Below, in pieces: positions 7,901 through 15,800 of a stretch of 40,083 nt of DNA. The DNA lies in NCBI GenBank assembly GCA_005777155.1, contig SXNM01000103.1, forward strand, positions 1-40,083, written 5' to 3'. The translations under genes and the position numbers were made by a program. Source of the DNA: Pseudomonadota bacterium. Lineage in GTDB: Bacteria; Myxococcota_A; UBA9042. Position 1 is the stretch's first letter. Each line of letters begins with the position of its first letter. Below the pieces are notes generated by a model. That model ran no database searches and was not told where the DNA came from. It worked only from the letters and a program-made list of their open reading frames with translations.

Positions 7901-10810
7901 TGGACCTGGGTGCAGCCCGGCATCGACGGCGACCGCTGCCTCAAGTTGGTCGCCAGCCGCGAAGGCGAGCAGCCGGGGAGCGCCAGCATCGCGAGTCGTG
8001 GCTTCCGGCTCGCCAAGTCGGCGCCGTGGGCGAAGGCGCGCGCGATGGTGCGCTCGACGATGCCGGTCGAGCTCTGGCTGGTCGTGCACTCCGAGCAGCT
8101 CGGGGCCGACTGGCGCAAGGTCGCGGAGGGCGGCGGCCAGGGCACCTGGGGACCGCTGGAGGGAGTGGTCCCGGTTGGCGAATTCGCGCACGCCCTGCAG
8201 GTCGTGGTGCTGACGCGCGCAAAGGGAGCCCTCGAGGTGGACGCCGTGTCGCTGACCGCGGCGGCGACCCCGACTGGCATGGAGCCTGGCGCAACTGCCG
8301 GCGGCAACACGCCGCTCGCCGGTTTCGACAGCGGGCCGGTCGGGCCGACGACGACGGCTGATCCGCCGGTGCCAGAGACCGGCGGCTGCAGCGCCCTCCC
8401 CGGCGCTGGGGCGTCGCCGCTGCCCGGCCAAGCGCTGGCGATTCTGGCCCTCGCCGTGGTTGGGCTGGCGCTGCGTCGGCGCGGTGGGCAGGGCAGCGGC
8501 GCGGCGACGCGGCGGACGGTGGCGATGGCGGCGCTCGGGCTGTTCGCCGCGGGCGGCTGCACCGATGACCCCATTCGCGTCGATCCGTGGCATGCCCGCG
8601 CAACGGCGCAGGGTTTTGAGATCTCGCGCGACGGCAAAACCTTCCACAAGTTCTGGCCCATCGGCGTGAACTTTGGGCTCGCCATCCCCGGCACCGATCC
8701 CGGCGAGATGGAGGCGACCGGCACCCAGATTCGCCGTTGGCTCCAGGTGACGGCCTACTCTGGGGCCAACACCATCCGGACCTATACCGTGCAGTCGCCG
8801 GTGTTTTATCGCGAGCTGCGTGAGTACAACCTCGCCAACCCGAGCAATCCGCTCTTCTTGATGCAGGGCGTCTGGATCGATGAGCCGCCGCTGACCGACC
8901 CCGACTACTTCTCGGCAGCGGCGAACGCCTGGGTCGACGACGAGATCGCCAAGGTGGTCGCGGTGATCCACGGCGACATCACCATCCCGCCCGCCAGCAA
9001 GCTGGAGCCGCTCAACTTTGGCCGAGCCAACGGCACCTTCGAGGACGACGTGTCGCCGTGGCTCATCGGCTGGCTCTTCGGCCGCGAGATGGAGCCCTAC
9101 ACGCTAGAGTCGACGCTGGCCCTCCACCCGGAGGCGCCGACCAGCCACAAGGGCTCGCTGCTCTCGATAGACAACGGCAGCGCGATCACGGCCTGGATCG
9201 TCAGCAAGATGGACGACATCCTCCGCTTCGAGCGTGACAAGTACGGCCAGCAGCACCCGATCGGCTTCTCGAACTGGCCGACCCTCGACCCGCTGCTGCA
9301 CCCAACCGAGCCGAAGCTGCCGATCTCGGTCGAGGACACCTTCCAGGTCGATCTAGAGCCCATCGAGACCGCCGCCTCTTATACCGCCGGCGTCTTCATG
9401 AGCTACCACGCCTACCCGTACTACCCGGACTTCATCTTCCACGAGGCGGCGTACCAGAGCTTCGCCGACAGCCAGGGCAAATTCTCCTACATCGGCTACC
9501 TCGCGGCGCTGCGCAAACACCACGCCAGCCACGCGCTGATCATCGCCGAGGTCGGCCACCCCTCCAGCCTCGGCAACGGCCACCAGACGCCGACCGGCCA
9601 AGATCACGGCGACCTCGACGATCAAGAGCAAGGCCCGGCCGTGCTGCGCTCGCTCGCTGCCATCCACCAAGCCGGCCTCGATGGCGCCTATGTGTTTAGC
9701 ATCATTGATGAGTGGTTCAAGCGAGCCTGGGTCGTCGAGCGCGTGGAGTACCCGAGCGACAGGCGCCGCTTCTGGCACAACGTCATGAACCCGGAGCAGA
9801 ACTTCGGCCTCGTCGCGCTGCGGGCCGGCGCGCCGGGCAAGCGCATCGTGCTCGACGGCAAGGACGGCGACTGGGGGCCGCCTCAGGCCGTGGCAGGCCC
9901 CGCCCAGGTCGCGCCCGCCGGCGACGGCGCCGATGCCCAGCGGCGGCTGCGCGACGTGACGCTCAGCTCCGACGCGGCCTACCTGCACGTCCGCGTGCGC
10001 CTGCAGCCTCCACCGGGCGGCGTCTTCGACTGGCAGCGCCTGGACGTCGTCGTCGCCTTCGACACCATCGACCCGGAGCGCGGCGATGGCCGGCTCGATC
10101 CCGCTGGCAAGGTCGAGGTGGGCCGGCGAGTAGAGCACGTGCTGCGCATCGAGTCGCCCGAGGTTGTGCAGCTCTACGTCGATAAGCCCTACGATCTCTA
10201 CGGCATCTGGCACGGATTCCGTGAGCCCTGGCAGCTTTACCGCAGCGTCCGCAACGACGCCGGTGAATTCCGGCCGGTGCGCACCATCACCAACGCCTAC
10301 GACGCCATCGGGCCAGACGGCAACGTCACGACGCTCGGCGGGGTGCAGGTCCAGGAGACCGGCCGCTTCCGCGTCGGCATCGAAGCGCTGACGAGCCACG
10401 CCTTGGTCGCCATTGACCCGGCTGGCGGCGTCATCGAGATCCGCGTGCCCTGGAACTTGTTGCACTTCACCGATCCGTCGGCCGCCCAGATCGTCGACGA
10501 CGACGGCAGCTTGGGGCCGCGCCGAGCGAGCTCCGCCGCCACCCCGGCCGTCGCCGTCGCCGCCGTCGTCCTGGGCGGCAAAGACGAACAGGAGTCGGCG
10601 CTCGTCGACTCGGTGCCAGCCGCAACCGCGACCGCGACCGGCCACGCCGTGCCGGCCAAGGGCTGGGCGGTGCTGCCGATCGCGACGTGGAGCGCCACCC
10701 CGGCCTATCACGAGCAGACCAAGCCCATCGTCCAGGCCATGCAGGCGGGCCTCGGCGGAATCTTGCCGCCGACTATCGCTTGGCCGTCCACGGGCGGAGG
10801 TGCGCCATGA
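4991..10810 (+). CDS. Secreted multidomain protein: six CBM4/9-like domains, internal MYXO-CTERM-like signal, lipoprotein-like signal, clan GH-A-like glycoside hydrolase plus beta-sandwich
   Basis: Signal peptide ending LALA-APP (start 4991 or ATG 5039). Six NxxxNxS[FLM]E...GDx[KR]W domains with Pro linkers. GGC-TM-RRR at aa 1131-1164; AAGG-C at aa 1190. Then GVNFGLAIPG, GANTIRTYT, LMQGVW, GREMEP, NWPTLDPL, SYHAYPYYPDF, IAEVG, DEWFKR, EQNFGL and IEIRVPWNLL motifs, typical of a TIM-barrel family often labelled 'family 2 glycosyl transferase'. Confidence 0.88.
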   Translation: MTHRLLQLPRSVARTCMVRWSRWASIWSVTWLATSAPLLALAAPPQIANASLEVADAADPTLPAGWFADAWGNLLYGHAWLLSGAFEGSRAMRVAVSTVSGEGDARWMSASFPVAAQAGQTYSLHHHYRSDVSTAVWAQAQSVGGAQSQWILVGNVAASATWTAHAANVNLPSWADTLRVCHVLGQPGFLETDAWSWQEKLPDPPPPIQPTDPPLAPASPNAGNVLPNPSFEDTSSYSSSTPKYWSFVVWGAASATTSVWSQGPAHQGAFALRMSQPTLPKDGDAKWWSDAIPLLNFGGKLRLTCYYQGTAGVSLLLRAEDKAGQGGQTQWYSVASGPAWAEWRVLSGLIELPSFTHQVRVGLRIDGTGDAAVDDCSFAAEVETPAVAVALGSDNVLVNPSFEVAHPWDPGRPASWDGVVYGTAQGKATWLTGGFDGDRAVRVEVFVKTEGEGDGRWQSAPIALLPKSANPWRVSISDRYRTNAPTRLRARVRSADGKQAQWLTGPELPTSPAAWSQAQWVVDLPDWAATLEVMHSLEVAGQLDIDAVVVVAGPPDPPPAPQDPPLSPASLLGFNVLPNPSFEVASVGDAKRPAYWRMEAWDAALGFATAVWLDAGAKHGQRALRLAQAALPASGDAKWWSDPVPVTDVATDLRVTCHYQGTAGATLLLLATNGKAQAEAQAKWYTVAAGPAWPSWRPLSGTLTGAAQLPAWTSHVRVGMRIEGTGVIDIDSCSVGVAAPPTLPPPQELGDINLVANPSLELADPWDPSMPASWVGFTTGQVIGSASWQQVGADGGRSGRIVILSIDPQLGPEGDGRWRSAPIALKAPGRVALRTQYRSNIASRLRIRARSADGKLVEWRSSKPLPPATGAWAEAELVVDLPAFTATIEVEQSIDAVGYLDIDDVRVVRGPPGPIEPEPETGAPSEPEPAPSILGEANAVPNPSMEQASTLQPSLPWWWGGVASGAMSGTWTWVQPGIDGDRCLKLVASREGEQPGSASIASRGFRLAKSAPWAKARAMVRSTMPVELWLVVHSEQLGADWRKVAEGGGQGTWGPLEGVVPVGEFAHALQVVVLTRAKGALEVDAVSLTAAATPTGMEPGATAGGNTPLAGFDSGPVGPTTTADPPVPETGGCSALPGAGASPLPGQALAILALAVVGLALRRRGGQGSGAATRRTVAMAALGLFAAGGCTDDPIRVDPWHARATAQGFEISRDGKTFHKFWPIGVNFGLAIPGTDPGEMEATGTQIRRWLQVTAYSGANTIRTYTVQSPVFYRELREYNLANPSNPLFLMQGVWIDEPPLTDPDYFSAAANAWVDDEIAKVVAVIHGDITIPPASKLEPLNFGRANGTFEDDVSPWLIGWLFGREMEPYTLESTLALHPEAPTSHKGSLLSIDNGSAITAWIVSKMDDILRFERDKYGQQHPIGFSNWPTLDPLLHPTEPKLPISVEDTFQVDLEPIETAASYTAGVFMSYHAYPYYPDFIFHEAAYQSFADSQGKFSYIGYLAALRKHHASHALIIAEVGHPSSLGNGHQTPTGQDHGDLDDQEQGPAVLRSLAAIHQAGLDGAYVFSIIDEWFKRAWVVERVEYPSDRRRFWHNVMNPEQNFGLVALRAGAPGKRIVLDGKDGDWGPPQAVAGPAQVAPAGDGADAQRRLRDVTLSSDAAYLHVRVRLQPPPGGVFDWQRLDVVVAFDTIDPERGDGRLDPAGKVEVGRRVEHVLRIESPEVVQLYVDKPYDLYGIWHGFREPWQLYRSVRNDAGEFRPVRTITNAYDAIGPDGNVTTLGGVQVQETGRFRVGIEALTSHALVAIDPAGGVIEIRVPWNLLHFTDPSAAQIVDDDGSLGPRRASSAATPAVAVAAVVLGGKDEQESALVDSVPAATATATGHAVPAKGWAVLPIATWSATPAYHEQTKPIVQAMQAGLGGILPPTIAWPSTGGGAP
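8381..8560 (+). other. Internal tandem sorting signals: MYXO-CTERM-like motif followed by lipoprotein-type signal
   Basis: Translates GGCSALPGAGASPLPGQALAILALAVVGLALRRR (8381-8482), GGQGSGAA, then TRRTVAMAALGLFAAGG-C (Cys codon 8558). No stop between them. Confidence 0.75.
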
Positions 10811-12708
10811 ACCTCGGCTCAGGTGCGATCTCGCGACATGCCGGGCGCGGCCACGGCGTGTGGGCTCGGTCGAGCGCCAGCCGGCTAGCGCTGCTCTCCC
10901 TGCTGCTGCCAGGGCAAGCGCTGGCGCAGAACCTGCTCGGCAATGGCGCCGTCGAGACGCCGAACGCCGACGACCCGACGAAGCCGGCCCTGTGGAGCGC
11001 AGCCGTCTGGGGCACCGCCATTGAGGCGACGACGAGCTGGGCACCGGTGTCGCCGCCCAACGGCCGCTCGCTACGGATCGAGGTCACCTCCATCGTCGGC
11101 GACGGCGACGCGCTTTGGCGCAGCGAGCCGATCGCGGTCGCCGCCGACGGCGCCGTGCGGCTGACCGCCCGTTGCATCGGCGACGCTCCAGCTCGCCTGC
11201 TGCTTGAGGCGCGCAACGGCGGCGGCAAGGCGTCGTGGCTCGGCGCGGCGACGTTGCCCAAGACCTTGGTCTGGCAAGTGACCACCGGCACCGTGCAGCT
11301 GCCGGCTGGCACCAACAGCGTCCGCGTCGCTTTCGCGCTCCAGGCCACAGGCGTGGTGTCGTGCGACGATTTTGAGCTGACCAACCTGCCACCGCCGCCG
11401 CTGGCAGTCGACGGCAGCGCCGAGATCTTGGTCAACGGCGGCTTCGAGGCCGGCCAGCCGCTCGGACCCACGCCGGGCTGGAGCTTCGAAGCCACGCCCG
11501 GCGCGGTCGGCCAGGGGCAGGTCATGGCTGGGGGCGCGGCCGAAGGTGAGGCAGCAGAGGGCAAGCAATTCGCACGCATCCGGGTGGACAGCCTGAAGGG
11601 CAGCGTGGACGTCAAGTGGTGGAGCGACCCCATCCGCGTGGTGCCTGGCAAGCCGTCGTGGCTGCTCCACCTCAAGTGGCGCTCCCTGGCGCGAGCCCAT
11701 CTCTTCCTCTGGGAGTCCCGCATCGACGGCACCGGTGGTTTTCGCCTCCTGCGCCGGCTGCGCCCGGCCTTGCACCCGGACTTTCGGACGGCGCCGCCCT
11801 GGGAGACGGTGCAGGTCGGCTTCTCACTCGCCCCTGACGTGGTCGCTATACACGTCGCCGTCTTGCTCTGGCAGCCGGGCGTAGTCGACCTCGATGACCT
11901 CCGCTGCGCCCGCGCCGACGCCAGCGGCGATGCGAAGGGCGAACTCCGCGTCTCGTTCGCCATCGACTCTCTGACGGGCACTGTCGACGATGTGCTGGCG
12001 TTGTTCGACCTCGCAAAGGTGCGTGGCAGCATCTACCTGCCCTCGGCGCGCATCGAGGCCGAGGGCGCCACGGCGCTTGAGAAGCTGCGCAAGGCCGAGC
12101 TGCGCGGCGTCGAGCTCGGCATCTACGGAGAGGTGCCCTCAGCCTGGCTCAGCGCCGACAGCGCCGCCCGCCGGCAGACCGTCATTCGCGCCTTCGCCCG
12201 CTTGCGCGACGCTGGCCTGCATCCCAGCGGGTTCGCGCCGCCAGACGGCGTCTACGACGAGGCGGTGTCCGACGCGATCGACAGCCGCGAGGGCTATGTC
12301 CGCACGCTCGGCGATGGCGTCAACTATCCGCCGGTCGACTACTTGTCCTTGCAGGTCCGCAATGTCGACGCCTCGACGACTGACCTCGACGTCCTGCGCT
12401 GGGCGCAAGAGGCGCGGCGCCACAAGGGCTGGCTCATCTTGCGCTACAGCGGCATCGGCCCCGCCGGCGGCATCGACCTCGGGCGGATGTTGCGCGACAT
12501 CGAGGCGGTCCAGGCCGAAGGCGCGATCATCGCCCCAGTCGGCGAGGCGCTCGGTGCCTGGCAGACGCCCGTGTTGCCGGCGCCAGAGGCTGAGGGCGGC
12601 TGCAGCGCGCAGCGGACCAGCGGCGGTGGCGGCGGCTTGCCGCTCTTGGCACTGTTGGTCGCTGTCGCGCTGGGCTGGCAGCGCGCCCGCTCGCGCGGCT
12701 TCGCGTAG
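10807..12708 (+). CDS. Secreted protein: two CBM-like domains, degenerate polysaccharide deacetylase (NodB/CE4-like) domain, C-terminal MYXO-CTERM
   Basis: ATG 10807 overlaps upstream TGA (ATGA), with GGAGG at 10796-10800. Signal ...LLLPGQALA-Q. NLLGNGAVE and ILVNGGFE domains. RVSFAIDS / GVELGIYG / GFAPPDG / GYVRT / KGWLIL align to CE4 motif positions. Tail EGGCSAQ...LPLLALLVAVALGWQRARSR. Confidence 0.82.
   Translation: MNLGSGAISRHAGRGHGVWARSSASRLALLSLLLPGQALAQNLLGNGAVETPNADDPTKPALWSAAVWGTAIEATTSWAPVSPPNGRSLRIEVTSIVGDGDALWRSEPIAVAADGAVRLTARCIGDAPARLLLEARNGGGKASWLGAATLPKTLVWQVTTGTVQLPAGTNSVRVAFALQATGVVSCDDFELTNLPPPPLAVDGSAEILVNGGFEAGQPLGPTPGWSFEATPGAVGQGQVMAGGAAEGEAAEGKQFARIRVDSLKGSVDVKWWSDPIRVVPGKPSWLLHLKWRSLARAHLFLWESRIDGTGGFRLLRRLRPALHPDFRTAPPWETVQVGFSLAPDVVAIHVAVLLWQPGVVDLDDLRCARADASGDAKGELRVSFAIDSLTGTVDDVLALFDLAKVRGSIYLPSARIEAEGATALEKLRKAELRGVELGIYGEVPSAWLSADSAARRQTVIRAFARLRDAGLHPSGFAPPDGVYDEAVSDAIDSREGYVRTLGDGVNYPPVDYLSLQVRNVDASTTDLDVLRWAQEARRHKGWLILRYSGIGPAGGIDLGRMLRDIEAVQAEGAIIAPVGEALGAWQTPVLPAPEAEGGCSAQRTSGGGGGLPLLALLVAVALGWQRARSRGFA
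12595..12708 (+). other. C-terminal MYXO-CTERM-like sorting signal
   Basis: GGC, Gly/Ser linker, hydrophobic helix, Arg cluster, stop: the layout of the TIGR03901 motif. Confidence 0.75.
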
Positions 12709-12801
12709 GTCGGAGCTCGGCAGCAGATGTGCGCGGCTAGAGAAGCTCGGTGTACTCGCCGCAGCACAGGTCGCGGAGGGGTCGAAAAGAGGGGGGTTCC
12801 G

Positions 12802-15800
12802 ATGCTCGGATGGTTGAGCTGGAATCTGCGCGGCGGCCTTGTCTTAGCGCGGTGGTGCGTCGTCGCATCTGCGGTCGCCGCTTGGTCCGGCTGCGGCGCC
12901 AAGTCCCCTGAGTCGGTCGACGGCGCGGAGGTACAGGCCGCCGTCGTCGCCGGCGACGACGGCGGGATCGGCTCTGAGGCTGGCCCCGACGGCGGAGTCC
13001 CACCCGACGGCGCCGAACCAGACGGCGCCGAGCTAGACGCTGGCGACGACGTCGCGGATCAAGGCGCCGCCACGGACGTCGAGGCCGCCGACGCCGCAGC
13101 GGACGCTGCCGACGCGCTGCCAGGCGCCTGCAGCACCAGCGCCGATTGTCCGCAGCCAGCCACCGGCTGCCTCGGCAACACCTGCATCGGCGGCGTCTGC
13201 CAGCCGCAGACCCTGCCGGACGCCACGCCGTGCGCCGACGGCGACCCTTGCACCGCCAAGGCAGCTTGCAGCGGTGGCGCCTGCAAGGCGATCGACGACG
13301 TCGACTGCGGCGACGACGACGCCTGCACCGTCGATGGCTGCGACGCCAAGACAGGCGCCTGTACCCACACCCCGGCCGCAGCGGGCGTCGCCTGCGAGGA
13401 CGGCAACCCGTGCACCACCGGCACGACCTGCGATGGCAAGCCCGATGGCTCCTGCCAAGGCGGCAGCAACAGCTGCGGCTGCAGCACGCTGGCCGACTGC
13501 GCCGCCTACGACGACGCCGACCTCTGCAACGGCACGCTCTACTGCAACCTCGGCTTGGCGACGCCGACTTGCCAGGTGCTGCCTTCCAGCGTCGTGGTGT
13601 GCCAGGGCAGCGGCGACGACGCCTGCCAGCAGACGCAGTGCTCCGCCTTCACCGGGCAGTGTGAGGCGCTGCCGGCGAGCGACGGCAAACCCTGCGACGA
13701 TGGCAACCCATGCTCGCTGGCCGAGACCTGCCAGTCCGGCGCCTGCAAGGCCCCAGTCAACACCTGCGCCTGCCAGGTGGCGGCTGACTGCATCGGCTCG
13801 GACGACGGCAACCCCTGCAACGGCACGCTGTACTGCGACACCTCGGCGCTGCCCTACAGCTGCAAGGTGAACCCGGCGAGCGTCGTCGTGTGCAACGCCA
13901 AGGTTGGGCCGTGCCAGACCACCGCCTGCGACTCCAAGTCGGGAGCCTGCGCGCCACTGCCGGCCAAGGACGGCCTCGCCTGCGAAGACGGCGTCGCGAC
14001 CACGGTCGGCGACACCTGCCAAGCCGGCAAGTGCCAACCCGGTGTCTCGACGGCGCAATGCAGCGGGGACGCCGACTGCGCCAAGCTCGAAGACGGCGAC
14101 ATCTGCAACGGCGTGCTGTTCTGCAACAAGCAGACCAGCAAGTGCGAGCTGAATCCGGCGACGGTCGTGAGCTGTCCGAGCGTCGATGACACCCAGTGCG
14201 CCAAGACGCTCTGCCAGCCGAAGACCGGCCTCTGCGCGCTGACGGCGCTGGCAGGCAGCCCCGCTTGTGACGACGGCAACCCATGCACCAAGGGCGACCA
14301 CTGCCAAGATGGCGGCTGCCAGAGCTCGGCCAACACCTGCCAGTGCCAGAAGGACGCCGACTGCGCCGGCAAGGAGGACGGCGACCAGTGCAACGGCACG
14401 CTGTTCTGCGACAAGCCGACCGGGCAGTGCCAGGTCAACCCCGCGACCGTCAAGACGTGCCCGAGCGTCGCCGACACCAGCTGCAGCAAGGCCGTCTGCC
14501 TGCCCAAGACCGGCCAGTGCGAGCAGAAGCCGCTCCCCGACCTCGTCGGCTGTGACGACGGCAGCCCCTGCACCGACGCCGACGCCTGCCAGGCGGGCGC
14601 CTGCGTTGGCACCAAGGTCTGCGCCTGCCAGGTGGACGCCGACTGCGAGGGCCAGGACGACGGCGACCTCTGCAACGGCACGCTCTATTGCAACAAGAAG
14701 TCGAACAGCTGCGAGGTCAATCCGGCGACCGTCAAGGTCTGCCCGAGCGTTGACGACTCCGCCTGCCAGCAGTCGAAGTGCCAGCCCAAGACCGGCCAGT
14801 GCGCGCTCACCGCGACGAGCAACGGCGTGTCGTGCGACGCCGATGGCAACCCCTGTACGCAGAACGACTTTTGCTCGGGCGGCGGCTGCAAGCCCGGAAA
14901 AGTCACCTGCGAGTGCAACGCTGACGCTGACTGCGACGGCAAGCAAGGCGACAACAAGTGCATCCCCGACATGTTCTGCGACAAGCAGAGCCACAGCTGC
15001 AAGCCGGCCCAGCAGGTGCAGTGCGACAGCAGCAAGGACGGCAAATGCGCCGAGACGGCCTGTGATCCCGTCGACGGCACTTGCAAGACCGCGCTGCTGC
15101 CGGTCGGCACCATCTGCGGTGAGAGCGCGATCTGTGCCGGCGCCCAAGTGTGCGACAGCAAGGGCGCCTGCGTGGCTGGCGCGGCCAGCGACTGCGACGA
15201 CGCCGACGCCTGCACCAAGGACACCTGCGACGCCAAGAAGGGTTGTACGTTCAACGCCTTGGATGCCGGTCCGTGCGACGATGGGGACATCTGCAGCGCC
15301 GGCGACCAGTGCGCCAAAGGCCAGTGCGTCGGCACCACCAAGGACTGCACCGACAGCAGCCCATGCACCAACGACGCCTGCGACCCGAAGACGGGTTGCG
15401 TCTACCTGCCGTCGGGCGCCACCAGCTGCGACGACGGCGACCTCTGCACGGTCGGCGACTTCTGCCTGCAGACGCTGTGCCTGCCCGGCTCGAAGGTGCT
15501 CTCCTGCGACGACGGCAACCCGTGCACCCAAGACGCCTGCGACGCCAAACAGGGCTGCGTGCAGAAGGCGCAAGACGGCGGCAAATGCGACGACGGCGAC
15601 GGTTGCACCAAGTTCGACGCCTGCAGCGCTGGCAGCTGCAAGGGGGTTCAGCTGAGCTGCGACGACGGCAGCGGCTGCACCGTCGACAGCTGCGACAAGG
15701 ACGAGGGCTGCCTCCACAAGGCGCAGGTCGGCAAGGCGTGCGACGACGGCAACGCCTGCACGGTCAGCGACGCCTGCATCAGCTCCGGGCTCTGCGCCAG

